Assembly: GCF_018977255.1 (NCBI RefSeq)
Contig: NW_024704743.1
Span: forward strand, 4,528,001 to 4,592,000
Direction of reading: 5' to 3'
Source of the DNA: Callorhinchus milii
Taxonomy: Eukaryota
DNA length: 64,000 nucleotides
Part shown: positions 1-11,960 of the stretch, one piece after another
Position numbering within the stretch: the stretch's first letter is position 1
Layout of the letters: the number at the start of each line of letters is the position of its first letter
Notes under the pieces: generated by a model
The model's database searches: none
The model's input: the letters and a program-made list of their open reading frames with translations, nothing else
Told to the model about the DNA's origin: nothing
Program-made: the position numbers and the translations under genes

Positions 1-182
1 ACTGACTGAGCTAGGCTGACACACCAATATGTAGATGTTCGGCCAAACGTTTGCCAACAAATACACAAGTCACTGCTCTTCACTGTAAAGCCCGTGAAGC
101 GCTTTGGGACATACTCCTTCGTGAAGGGAGCTATATATACCAAATGCAAATGTATCTAAATCAATTGACTGGGAGTACTGTA

Positions 183-380
183 TAAGAACATAAGAAAGGC
201 TAGACGAAAAAAGATCAAGGTCCATCTAGTTTGCCTTCCACCTTCCTGGCGGTCTCATACACTTATGTCCCGAACTCCCCATGTACTATATCTCGTAATG
301 TTAATTTCTAAAAGAAAACTATCTGATCCGTGTATGAAAGAATCAACACCTTCTGCTTCAACCGTGTGTCTCCCTGTACA
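183..380 (-). mobile_element. CR1 LINE 3' end fragment (degenerate)
   Basis: taagaacataagaa tail and gatcaaggtccatctagtttgcc resemble a reverse-complemented CR1 3' terminus. Confidence 0.55.
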
Positions 381-875
381 TAGGCCTGGAAATTTCTCTT
401 TGTCTGGAATCTTCAGTGGGGAAAGATTAAGAAAGGACGTAATCTACGGTCTTTTAACTTGATGTGGCATGCAGCGCAGGTGAAATTGATCCATTTAATT
501 TTAGACTGTAAACACACAACTTGACCCAATAACCCTGGATCATGATTAGACATTGGATTTATTTTTTCGTCCTGTGTGGAGCAACCGATGTTGAAGTGAG
601 AGGTGAGATGACAATTTTACTCAACTTGACATGGAGCTGGATAACCAACTAATTAGGAACATGATTGAAGATTACAGGGAGTGTGCAGTGCGTGTTGATT
701 GAACGCTGTGTGTGATGTGATGGCTTCTTTGCTTCAGGCATCATAGACACGTCACCTGTGGAAACCAACCACCTGTAACTGAAGAGCAGAGCTTAGAGAT
801 ACGATTTTTGCTCGATTACCTTTGGTGATTTGGAAGCGTTTTTTTTTAAAAGAACTTTCTCTCAGGAGAGGAGAT

Positions 876-913
876 AATAATAATCCTTGCATTTGATACA
901 GCGCCTTTTCACA
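876..913 (-). mobile_element. 3' tail of a tRNA-SINE split by the L2 insertion (continues at 4404-4480)
   Basis: taataatccttgcatttgatacagcgccttttcac matches the SINE tail; the SINE resumes at 4404 with ttttcacatctttgagatgtctcaaagcgc. Confidence 0.8.
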
Positions 914-3900
914 ACAACAACAGCAACAAATTCCATTTATAGAGCGCCTTTTACGTCGGGAGGACGTCCCAATGTGCTGTACAGTTGGGTCAGGACCCGA
1001 GCAGGGGGGAAATGGTCAGGGTGAGGGGAGGGAAGCGAGGAAGCGAGGAGGGGGTAGAGAGTCGAGAGGGGAGCTGAAGGCACGGTCAAAGAGAAAGGTC
1101 TTGAGACCGGCCTTGAAGGAGGAAAGGGTGGAGGTGGCGAAGGCACTGAGGGATAGAGTTCCAGAGCCTCGGGGCTGAGAGGCTGAAGGCCTGGCCACCG
1201 ATGGTAGGGCGGTTGGGGCGGGGGATGTGGAGCAGACCGGAGACAGAGGAACGGAGGGTACGGGCAGGTAGGTAGGGGGATAGTAGGTCAGAGAAGTAGG
1301 AGGGAGCGAGGCCGTGAATGGCCTTGTAGGTGAGGATGAGGATCTTGAATTTGATCCTCTGGGGGATGGGGAGCCAGTGGAGGTGAGCGAGGGTGGGAGT
1401 GATGTGGTCCCGAAGCCTGGTGCGGGACAGTACACGAGCTGCAGAGTTCTGAATGACCTGCAGTGTGGAGGGAGGGCCGGGAAGGCCGGCGAGGAGAGAG
1501 TTCCCATAGTCCAGCCTTGAGGTGACAAAGGCGTGGACCAGGGTTTCAGCAGCGTGAGGGGTGAGGTAGTGCCGTAGTCTGGCGATATTCCGGAGGTGAT
1601 GGAAGGCGGTGCCAGTTGTGGCGTGGATATGGGGGAGAAAGGACAGCTCAGGGTCGAACAGAACCCCGAGGTTCCTGACTGGCTTTGAGAGGTGGAGAGT
1701 GCAGCCTTGGATGCTGATGGTGTCAGCGCCTGAGGTGCGGAGGCGCTGACGTGAGCCAATCAGGAGGGCCTCCGTTTTACGCACGTTGAGCTGAAGAAAG
1801 TTGTCTCTCGTCCAGGACTCGATGTCGGACAGGCAGCTGTCAGGACATCGGGGGTCATGGAGTTGAGGGTAGAGGAGGAAAGGTAGAGTTGGTTGTCATC
1901 CATATACATGTGGAAGTTAACCCCATGTCTGCGGATGATGTCACCACAGGGGGAGCATATAGAGGGTGAAGAAGAGGGGACCGAGGACAGAGCCCTGAGG
2001 GACACCACACGAGACAGTGCGGGGACTGGAGGAAAAGCCGTTTGTGGAAACAAAGTGAAGACGGTGGGAGAGGTACGACCTAAACCACTCAAGGACAGGG
2101 CCTTAAAGGTTGAGGTGGGAGGACAAGCGGTGGAGGAGGATAGCGTGGTCGACCGTATCGAATGCTGCCGATAGGTCGAGGAGGACGAAGAGGCAGAGGG
2201 AGCCCTGGTCACAGATGGTCAGGATGTCATTGGTGACCTTGACCAGGGCAGTTTCTGTGCTATGGGCAGCACGGAAACCTGACTGGAGGGGTTCGAATAA
2301 TGAATGGGCGGAGAGGAAAGAGCGCAGCTGGGAGGCGACAACTCGTTCAAGGACCTTGGACAGGAAGGGGAGGTTGGAGATGGGCCGGTAGCTTGATAGC
2401 TGCGACGCATCAAGGGAGGGTTTTTTCAAGGTGGGAGTGATGGTGGCAGTTTTTAAGGGAATGGGAACAGAGCCAGAGGAGAGGGACAGGTTGACGATGT
2501 CTGTGATATGTGGGGCAAGGAGGTGGAGCTGGGAGATAAGGAGTGGAGTGGGGATGGGGTCAAGGGAGCAGGTGGTGGGTTTCAGGGATAGGATGAGTTT
2601 GGTGACAGAGGGTGGGGAAACGGGTACGAAAGTGTGTAGGGGAGGATGGGTAGGAGTCGGAGTGTGGGAGGGAGGGGGTGGGGGGTGGGTGGATGTTGGA
2701 GGGGAAGTGACCGCGGAGCGGATTCCCTTGATTTTGGATTCAAGGAAATCCAGCATCTCCTCGCAGTGAAGGTTGGAGGAGATGACCTGCGCGGGGTGGC
2801 GGGGGGGACGGAGGAGTCGTGATGTGGTAGAAAACAGTAGCCTGAAGTTGTTCTTCGCCTCCAGGATTATCCTGGAGTAGAAGGACGACTTGGCCGAGGC
2901 TAGAGTGGAGCGGTAGATTTTGAGGAGGTCCAGCCAGATTTGTCGGTGGACCGTTAGGCCAGATTTGACGCAGGTGCGTTCAGCGGCCCGCACCTGGCTC
3001 TTCAGTGAGCGGAGGTGGGTGGTGAACCAGGGGGAGGAGCGAGAGTAGGAGACAGTACGGGAGGTGATGGGGGCAAGAGTGTCGAGTGTGGAGGAGAGGG
3101 TGTTGTGGAGGAGGGTGAGAGGAGAAGAGGGGTCAGTGAGGGTTGAAGGCCAGAGGGAGAGGAGTTCAGAGGACTCCAAGGCAGCGGTTAGGGATTGTGG
3201 GGGTAACTTCTTCCAGGGGCGGTAGAAGATGGTGGTGGGTCTGGTGGAGGTGGGGAGGGGGGTGGAGGTGGTGAAGGAGATGAAGTGGTGGTCGGAGACG
3301 GCCTTGTCGGTGATAGTGACATCCGAGACACTGAGGCCCCGGGTGATCACCAAGTCGAGTGGGTGGCCGTGACTGTGAGTGGGGGAGTTGATGTGGAGGG
3401 AGAGGTTGAGCGAGGAGAGCAGGGAAGAGAAGTCTGAGGAGATGGAGCAGGAGGGGGTGAAGTGTAGGTTAAAGTCGCCCAGGATGATGAGGCGATCAGA
3501 GCAGAGGCAGAGAGATGTAAGAAGTGTCGAAATATCGGAGATGAAGGTGGGAGAGGTTTTAGGGGCCGGTAGAGGAGGAGGATTTTAAGTGAGAGGAAGG
3601 AGGGGTGGGAGAGGGTGAGGTGCTCGAAAGAGGGGAAAGAGCCAGAGGAGTAGGGGGATAGGGCAAGTGGTGTCCTTGAGATAAGGGCAACGTCACCGCC
3701 ACGGTGGTTGGGGCGAGGGATGTGGTGGGAGGTGTAGCCGGGTGGTGTGGCCTCCGTGAGGGGGAAGGTGTCGCCTGGGGTGAGCCACGTTTCCGTTAAG
3801 GCCATGATGTCAACGTTCTCATCAAGGATGAGATCGTTGATGACCAGGGCCTTGTTACAGGGAGAGCGGACGTTTTGTAGTCCGATGTGGAGGGAGCGGT

Positions 3901-4403
3901 TGACAGAAGGGTGTGTGGGAGGGGAGGGGTGTCCAGGTTGTGAGGCAGGGGTGGGGGAATGGGGATGAGGGAGGAGAGGTTGCTCCCCGGGTCTGTGTCC
4001 GGGGTGGCTGGCGAGTGTGGTGGGGAATGGGGCAGTCGGTGTGGCTGCTGCTGGACAGCCAACGCCGAGTGCCACGGTGAGCCCGGCGGAGGATTCCCAG
4101 GATGGAAGAGAGGGAGGTTGTGGGAGGGTCAAGTGGGGATAGAAGGCGAGAGGGACGGAGAGAGAGGAGGACAGAACGGGAGAGATGCAGAGGGGGGAGG
4201 GCTTGGGGGTAGAGAGGAGGGAGGAGGGAGGGGGTGAGGGTCAAAGCGGCAGCCATAGTGCGCACACGGGGACCGGGAGTGAGCGGTCAGGTGGATGGAA
4301 ACATTATCCCATAGGCTGGGGCTGGGGCAGCCAACCCCAACAGGACCATGGTGGGCTCTGATATGAGCCCTGGGGGGGCGCAGAGTGTTTTTTTTTGCTT
4401 TTT
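914..4403 (-). mobile_element. Near full-length L2-clade LINE, single-ORF type, about 3.5 kb
   Basis: APE endonuclease and RT motifs, 3' stem-loop GGGACGTCCTCCCGACGT and (TTG)n tail at 914-975, flanked by TTTTCACA at 906-913 and 4404-4411. Confidence 0.95.
1070..4256 (-). pseudogene. Disrupted L2 ORF2 (endonuclease plus reverse transcriptase)
   Basis: Motifs [69 protein letters not shown] (consensus YADD), SRLDYGNSLL, LHWLP; about six frameshifts and an in-frame TAA at 2103-2105. Confidence 0.93.
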
Positions 4404-4600
4404 TTTTCACATCTTTGAGATGTCTCAAAGCGCTTCACAGAATATACTGTAAAGTGAATTAACTGTGTATTTTGTGGGGCCAACGAGTACAACAGTGGAT
4501 TTAATGAATTGCTTTTTTTTTCACATCATTGAGACGTCTCAAAGCGCTTCGCAGAATATACTGTAAAGTGGATTGACTGCGTATTCTTGGGGCGAAACAT
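4404..4600 (-). mobile_element. Two tandem partial SINE 3' segments (4398-4480 and 4511-4595)
   Basis: Both start gctttttttttcacatc and continue gaga.gtctcaaagcgcttc.cagaatatactgtaaagtg. Confidence 0.8.
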
Positions 4601-4683
4601 ATGACATCTGAATTACAAGTTCTATTTTTGTTTCGAATGTAGCTTTTTCTCCTGCCATTAAATTTGATTTTTTATCTCAAATC

Positions 4684-4900
4684 GTAGAATCATAGAATTA
4701 TAGAGCGCAGAAGGAGGCCATTCGGCCCATCGTGTCTGTGCCGGTTCTTTGAAAAGAGCTATCCAAATCAATCCCACTCCCCCGCGCTCTCTCCCCACAG
4801 CCCTGCAAACATGTCCTCCTCAAATAATTATCTGCTTCTCTCTTTTAAGAGTTGTTAACGAATCGCCGCCCTTTCAGGCCATGCATTCCAGATCCGAACA
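4684..4900 (-). mobile_element. CR1 LINE 3' end
   Basis: tagaatcatagaa tail then gaaggaggccattcggcccatcg; reverse complement of the 63540-63609 terminus type. Confidence 0.8.
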
Positions 4901-4909
4901 ACTTATGGT

Positions 4910-5380
4910 GATCACTAGGAGAGCTAAACCGTGTTGCTAAATTTAAATTTACAACATTAGGAGGGATTTTGAAAGGGTAAGTAGAGAGAAGCTATTCCCA
5001 ATAGTCGGGGAGACAGTGATTAGGAACCATATATGTATGATACAATATCAACAATTGTATTTATATAGCGCCTTTCGAGTCAGAGGGCATCCCAATGTGC
5101 TGGACAGGCAAGGATTTGCCCCCAATAAAGATCGTCACAAGGAGAGCGAAAGGAAAGCTGAGGTGAAATGTTTTCACTCAGATCTTTGTTAGGATGTGGA
5201 AGGCAAAGAAGCATTGTGGGTTTCAAGAGGGGAGTAGACAAGGTATATGAAGGATAGAGGCTTGAAGGGTATGGGGGCTAAGGCAGGAGAATGGGACTGA
5301 ATGAACACCGTACCGTGAGAGCCCGACGTGAACTCGATGGGCCGAACCGCCTCCTTCTATGCTATACGACTGTTTAATCC
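4910..5380 (+). mobile_element. Degenerate CR1 3' region with an inserted L2 tail (about 5040-5125, minus)
   Basis: gagaagctattccca, ttttcactcaga, gatgggccgaa...cctccttct.tgct. Confidence 0.65.
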
Positions 5381-5525
5381 ATGACTGTTTGTGTGGGACT
5401 CTGCTGTGCGCAATTTCGCCCACAAAACGCACAGTCAATTCGCTTTGCAGTATATTCCGTGAAGCGCTTTGAGACGTCTCGAAGACGCGATAAGGCGTCG
5501 TATCCAATGCAAGGATTATATTATA
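5377..5525 (+). mobile_element. tRNA-SINE 3' half
   Basis: gctgtgcgcaatt...gtgaagcgctttgagacgtctcgaagacgcgataaggcg...aatgcaaggattat. Confidence 0.8.
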
Positions 5526-7127
5526 TACATTTCTATGATTCTACAAAGGAGGCATTGCAAAGATTGTGCAAAAAAAAATAAACGGTGCAACATCTGACAT
5601 TAGAATATGTAAAATCTATCCAACTAAATGCATAACTGGGGTTTAATCTTTGCAATTACTCTTGAGTTTCCAGTTCTGTGTGCGAGTGCACACTCACACA
5701 CACACACACACACACGCTTATCAAAGGAGTCATTGCATAAAATATTAAACCAGCACTTTGTCACTTGATATAAGTTAACTTAATTGTCATTTTTGGAATT
5801 TTTTCCCCTAAAGTACGTGAGGGCACATGACTAATCGTTTAATTGTCCTAAACCAGGTTAAGCTGGCCAAATGATGGGTAAGGGTTTCAATTAGATTTGG
5901 ATAAATGAATCCTGATTTGTATTGCTGTACTTTGCTGACTATGTATTAGCTCATTATTGCTGAAATCAGCTTCAGAATAAGATGTAAAGCATTTCGAAGA
6001 GGTCTTCGGTTTCTCCTTTGCAGTGTTTTGAAAATTAAGATGAAAAGATCGGTAAATTCCATAGTTTAGCTCGCAAGCGCAGTGCGATCAAGATAAGATT
6101 AAAAACACGTCTTTTGACAAACTCTGAACAGTCCCCATTGTTGTGACTTGACATTTGAATGCAAGATGATCCGTTAATTTCCAAGTGATTGTAATTACCA
6201 TTATTATATGCCATGTGGTACAGCCTGCAGCGATTTTAAATACTAAGCCATTTTAGGTTCAGTTCAACCTTTAGAAATGCTCCAATACTTTGCCAAGAAC
6301 TGTTAAGCTTACATTAATATTTATGTAGATTGTTTTAAGATCAGTCCATTTCATTACTCATGCAGCAACCTAATCCTAATTAAAAGTTTTTTTTTTAGAA
6401 AACAACTCTTTCTGCTTCTTTGTGTTATGTGTAGCTTGTTGGATGCTGTTTTTGACTGGATTACCTTTACGTAAAATGTGAAGACTTTAAACCCTGAATG
6501 GATAAAAGACCTTGTGAATAAAATCCAGCGCACAATGCCCAAGTATTGTACTACTATGATACACCTCTAACCATTTTCCCCCACAAAATACACAGCAAAT
6601 CCACTTTACAGTATGTTCTGTGAAGCGCTGGCTGACTTGTTGTGGTGCAATATCAAATGTAAGGATTATTATTATTTATTATATTATCATAGCAATATGC
6701 CGGTTATCATCCCAGTCCACTCTTTTCTACCCTCCACTCTTTCTTTCCCACATGTGCATTGGATTAGGGAACACCCAACAAAAATACAATACAATTTACA
6801 TTTATATAGTGCCCTTCACTTCAGGAGGACTTCTCAAGCTGGGGTTGGGGTTTGGGAGGTTGGGAATGGGGAAGGTGACTAGAAGGGCAGTAAGCGGGTA
6901 CACTTTAAGATGTGCCTTAAGTGGAAACAAAAATTAAATTTCAAAATGATCAGTCATGGTACAAGGTACTTTTTATTGAGGTCAGTGACTCTGAAATTAG
7001 TGGAATTGGATGTGGAAAGTTGTGTTGAGATTGTGAACAAATTCAAGACTATTTTCAAGCTTCTGCCGGAATCATAAAACTTAGCTAGGATCATAGAAAT
7101 CTTTCCAGTTCAACAGAAGGCCATTTT

Positions 7128-7446
7128 TAATAATAATAATCCTTGCATTTGATATAGCGCTTTTCACGTCGGGAGGACGTCCCAAAGCGCTTCACAGAAC
7201 ACACTGTAAAGTGAATTGACTGTATATTTGTGGGTGAACGCGGCAGCCAATTGCGCACAGTAATGTCCCACAAACAGTCATAGATTTAAAATGACCAATT
7301 TATTATTGTTTTTGGTTTTGGAGGGATTATTATTAGGCTCTGTGTGGAGTAAGGAAACTTGCCCAAGGTTTCGCCCTCTGCCTGGAATTGAACTCAGGTC
7401 TCTCACTTGCAAAGCGAGTGCTCTAACCACTGAGCTACAGAACTCC
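7128..7446 (-). mobile_element. Full-length young tRNA-Ala SINE (short subfamily, L2-identical tail), inserted into a CR1 tail
   Basis: A and B boxes, ccttgggcaagtttccttactcc core, tail gggacgtcctcccgacgtgaaaagcgct and (TTA)n; nearly identical to 55897-56218; flanks gaaggccatt / ggcccattgtatctgtg rejoin into a CR1 terminus. Confidence 0.93.
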
Positions 7447-7483
7447 TGGCCCATTGTATCTGTGGAGGAGAGCTATCTGTCTA

Positions 7484-7640
7484 AATAATAATAATCCTTA
7501 CATTTGGTGTAGTGCCTTTCACATCAAGAGGACACCCCAAAGTGCTTTACAGCATGTACTGTAAAGTGGAGTGACTGCATATTTTTTCGGGCGAAACACG
7601 GCAGCCATTTTGCACACAGTCGTGTCCCGCAACAGCCATT
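7484..7640 (-). mobile_element. Degenerate SINE 3' part
   Basis: ataataatcctt.catttg...gggcgaaacacggcagcca. Confidence 0.7.
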
Positions 7641-8349
7641 AGGTTGTCCAGTTACATCTTGATATTTCTTCCATAATCCCTTACCCTTTTATATTTGTCT
7701 TCTGGTTTCTCATCCAAACATAGAACTAACCAGAAAATTATATAGATGGCTGTAACCAAGCAGAGAGATCACTTGATGAATCATCAGGATCATTAGTGCT
7801 GCAAAAAAAAACCTCAAGAGGCATCACTGGAACAAAAATAACACAAAACCAACCTTTCAAACATCTGCCAAAACAGAGCTGTAAGCATGTTGGCCCGATA
7901 TCTATGGTGAGGGGGTGGGAGACTGCAGGGTATTATAAAGGAAGCAATTTAAGAGCATCTGCCCAAACTTAGACATATCTCTTGTCAACAATGGAGCAAA
8001 TTCATTCAAATCTTTGAGATTGTAATAGCGATGTTGGATGTTCCATTCAGAATGTCAGAATTTATTTGACGAGGTCTTCTGATTAACGTGTGGCCAAATC
8101 TCACGGAATGCAATGTATTATGTTGCAAATAGGAAGGGAAGGAGAATCCAGGTCTGGCGCTCTCTACCAACTTTGGTCGACTTTGATCACAATTGCAACC
8201 AGTGACTCGCAATCCGCCATCGAGTTAATGCTTCGGATGGGCTTTGGAGCTGACCAGGTGCCAGCTGACCTCAGCAAAGCACAGTCGTTCACTGAGGACT
8301 GGGGCTCTTGAGACCCTGGAGGCGGTGTAGAGAAGCACAACAAGATGAT

Positions 8350-8600
8350 GATCATAATCCTTGCTTCTGATATAGCGAATCATCACGTCGTCGAGATGTC
8401 TCAAAGTCCTTCACAGGATATAGCGTAAAGTGGCACGACTGTGGATTTGTGGATGAACGCAGACAGCCATGCGCCTCACAGAGCTATGGAGTGCATGATC
8501 AATTTTATTTGAAGGATTGCTGGCCGGGATACCAGGAGAAATTCCCTTCTCTTTTCTAATAGTGCCAGGGGATCTTTAACATCCACTTGGGTAAGCTAGC
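8350..8600 (-). mobile_element. Degenerate DeuSINE-like element
   Basis: SINE tail followed by ggccgggataccaggagaa...gggatctttaacatccac. Confidence 0.65.
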
Positions 8601-9188
8601 CCACAAGATATACATTTCCTTAAGGCCCATCTCAAAATGTACCACTTTGACCGCTCTTTTGGTTATACTTCTCCACTCCTCATCGCTCTCATCACCACCC
8701 CCCCCCCCACCTCAGCTCAGGTGCCCAGGAAGCATTGTCCAGTGCTTTGAGATGTCTTCCTGATGTTTAAGGAGCTATATCAATGTATAATATTGTATTC
8801 ATTATAGAGCCTTTCACTTTGGAAGGATGTCTCAAAGCGCTTCACAGGATTTACCGTAAAGAGTAGGGATTCCATTTTGTAAATAAATTTAGAGTTGAGC
8901 CATAGCTACAGACAAGACATGTCTGGTTGATGGTTGTGAAGGGAAATTTTAGAGCAGACAGACACCAGGAAGTATTTCTTTGGACAGTGGGCATTTTACG
9001 TCCGATGTGTGAGGTTGGGATCTTGGGCTCATTATTTTAATGATGCTGATGCTGTAATTTAATGGGCTTGATGCTGTAACTGGAAGAGAGTAGTGGGAGT
9101 ATTTTGGAAGGATGAGATCAAATGGACCAAAGGGCCTTCTTACTTCTTCATTAGTATCTATCTTGAAATGTTCTTACTGCTTACTCAC

Positions 9189-9336
9189 CATTACTATTCC
9201 CTCGGAGCCAGGCAACTTTGAAATGAGCTCCCACGCAAAAGGCCCCTTTGAGGGAAAAATGCAGTTTGAGCAAACATTGACAGTATCATCAAATTGGAGA
9301 GCAGCAGTTGCCACAGTAACTAAAATATTTGGATAA
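9189..9336 (-). other. Candidate 148-nt exon, minus strand
   Basis: Acceptor cttcctttctttttattctag, donor ATG|gtgagt; one open frame YPNILVTVATAALQFDDTVNVCSNCIFPSKGPFAWELISKLPGSEGIVM; protein not recognised. Confidence 0.35.
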
Positions 9337-10404
9337 CTAGAATAAAAAGAAAGGAAGTTCAGGGAGGTTACACTGACAGTTTATAAAAGCATTTGAGAGA
9401 CCATACTTGTGTACCAATCTGGTCACTCTCCGTACAAAAAAGGAGTTGAGGCATTTGAAAGGGTTCGGGGAAGTGCAGCAACGATGATTGTGTACCATAA
9501 CATTTTGGTTTGCCCCCAAAATATAGTCAATTCACTTTACAGTGTATTCTGTGAAAAGCTTTGACCTTTCAGAATTTGCAGCAATTGATGGCGACTTAAC
9601 TGTACCAAGTTTTGGGAAGTCAACTGAAGTAACTAATGATAAGTTAATAGTAATAACACTAATTATTATTGTTATTAATAACAATGTTCAGTCCACAAAA
9701 TACAGTCACACCTAATTTTTCTCTTTAAAAAAAAGTTACCAAATTGAAACGAAAGGGGGTGGGGTGGGGAGGCGGAGAGGAGTGGTGTGGGGGGAGATAT
9801 TTTAACTTATTGATTGTGATGCAGTGAAGAGAAATCTAATTTTGAAGCATCTTGGGCTGTCACTTAACAGGTTGCGGCAGGTAAACGATTTTCATTGCCT
9901 GGTAATGAAATCTGTTTCCTGCTGCCGGGCTCAAACTTTCATCTCGGTTGCAGGTCGGCAAGTGAGCCTGTCGATAGGAAGCCGGTAGCAAAACCAGCCG
10001 CGATCGACCGATGCGCTGCGGTGTGATTAATGAAATTCCTGAGAGAAGGCTCCGTGCAAGAGCTGCGCGCCTCTCTGGAAGCTGCATTTTCCGGTTGATT
10101 GAACTGCACGGGGATTCATTACGGAAACCTGTCAAGGGATAATTGTGCCCAGAAATGGAAACTGGTACCCGAGCTCGACCTGTGTGCATTAGGGCCGGAT
10201 GAATAGCGCGATCCAGTTAATTTCAAGGTCTTCGGGGATCGTTTTTTTTGCTCTCAAAGTGAGCCTTTACGTGTTGCTTTTTAAGGTGAACGACCGGCCT
10301 AACCTATTCCTGGCCCCAGCACCATACCATCGAGCTACTCTTTAAATCACTCCAGCAACCTAGCCTCAGCCACCTTCCCGGTCATTAAATAAATACTATC
10401 ACCT

Positions 10405-10617
10405 AATAATCCTTGATTTGATACAGCGCCTTATTGCCTCTTAGAGACATCTCAAAGCGGGTCACAGAATATACTGCAAAGTGAATTGCCTGTATATCTT
10501 GTCAAGGAAACGCAGCAGCCAATTGCGCGCAGCAGTGTCCCACAAAACACTTGGTTATTGAGTGATCAATTTCGCTTGCGAGGCGAGCGCTCTAACCGCT
10601 GAGCCGCAGGACTCCAC
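10405..10617 (-). mobile_element. tRNA-SINE with internal deletion
   Basis: SINE tail and body joined directly to the head fragment tcgcttgcgaggcgagcgctctaacc. Confidence 0.8.
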
Positions 10618-10689
10618 TGACAGTTGTTGCTGTGTATTCTCATCAGAGCACGGTGCTGTGATAAGCAATAGATAAGTAGGTGAGAGCAG

Positions 10690-10880
10690 CATTGTCGGAG
10701 GTCCTTTGGGTGAGACATTAATGCAAGCTCCTGTTTGTCTCTTCGGGTGGATGTTGAAGATCCCGTAGCACTATCTGAAAAGAGAAAGGAGTTTCTCCCA
10801 GTGTCCTGGTCAAGAATCCCCCCAAAGAAAATTGGTTGTTCACTTCATATCTGTTTGTGGGACATTGCTATGCGCAAATC
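10690..10880 (+). mobile_element. DeuSINE-like central fragment
   Basis: gcattgtcggaggt...gggtgagacattaa...ggtggatgttgaagatcccgtagcactat. Confidence 0.7.
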
Positions 10881-10884
10881 AGGA

Positions 10885-11190
10885 TAGGCTGCTTAGGTTA
10901 GGTCTTTTTTTTTGCTGGAGAAGTCATTTAAGAGGAGACCTAATAGAGGTTTTTAAAATTATAAAAGCCGTAGATTAGTTTGAGCATAAATAGGCTGTTT
11001 GGGGAGCCTGTAACCAGGGGACACAAGTGTAAGATTAGCGACCAGGGGAACTAAATGAGAATTTAAGAGGAACTACTTAATGCAGAGGGCAGTGAGATTG
11101 TGGAACTCATATGGAACTGGAGTGGAGTAGAAGCACCAGCCCGGACTGGTTGGGTGAGTGGCCCGTTTCTGTGCTGCGCATTGTATGCCA
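10885..11190 (+). mobile_element. CR1 3' fragment
   Basis: agaggagacctaatagaggtttttaaaattat (RGDLIEVFKI), accaggggacacaag, tgtggaactc. Confidence 0.75.
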
Positions 11191-11594
11191 ATATTTTGTA
11201 AATCGCCTGCCCTGTTCACTTACAGCACACGGATATGACACCTTGCAATAAATCCTCCGATCCACTTTGAAACGGCCTCCCCAGATACAAGGAGCTGTAT
11301 TGTATTCAAATGTTATCATTATTTAGTAAAATCTCCTTCGCCTCCCTTTTCAATTTGCTGTCAGTTCTTTTATCAAAGAGGTATCCAAAGTCACGCCAAA
11401 GGTCTCTCTTTGAAGGTGCGTAGGAGCTCATTGAAAGGCACTGTTCTGTGTATTGTTGTTTGCCGTTCCGTTCGACCCGTTTAGTTTAAACGTTCTTCAT
11501 CAGACCGAGTAATTAGCTGATGAGCATTAGCATAATCACCACACAGGCAGCGTTTCCGTGTAATCTGTGCTAATTGCTGTACAAGACCATGGGA

Positions 11595-11960
11595 GCATAG
11601 GAACCATAGAAATTTACAGCACAGAAGAAGCCAAGTCGGCACATCTTTAAAGAACAATCTTTTGAGTCCCAAGCAGTTTGCAGGACTGAACTGACTGGAA
11701 AATGACTGGACCAAATGACCATCTAACCAGTCCCAAAGTAAAAAGAAAAATCATGCCCTTTTCGTATCTCTTCCCCCTACCCCGCCCCCCATTAATTTCT
11801 TCACCAAAAAGACTATCTAACTACTTCTTGAATATGCTGACACAATCCTGCCTTCACTGCTTCCTAGATCGTGTATTCATCAATCACTGTCTAAAGTAAT
11901 TAAGTATAACTGTCTGTTCACCTTCTGAGCTCAAATCCTTCTCTCCTTATTCCAGAACTT
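11595..11960 (-). mobile_element. Degenerate CR1 3' fragment
   Basis: catagaaatttacagcacagaagaagccaa..cggc tail and ctatctaactacttcttgaat. Confidence 0.55.

Noticed and set aside
1895..1912. YMDD motif suggesting a retroviral or hepadnaviral RT
   Set aside because: Context is L2 RT; explained by mutation of YADD
7118..7456. ggccatt / ggcccatt as a TSD of the 7128 SINE
   Set aside because: The two halves are the native ggccatt.ggcccat motif of a CR1 tail split by the insertion
7733..7906. Open frame ENYIDGCNQAERSLDESS... as a plus-strand exon
   Set aside because: Weak acceptor, ambiguous donors and no recognisable homology
8164..8355. C-type-lectin-like DCALLRSAGTWS peptide
   Set aside because: Lacks the remaining conserved Cys/Trp pattern and any supporting exons
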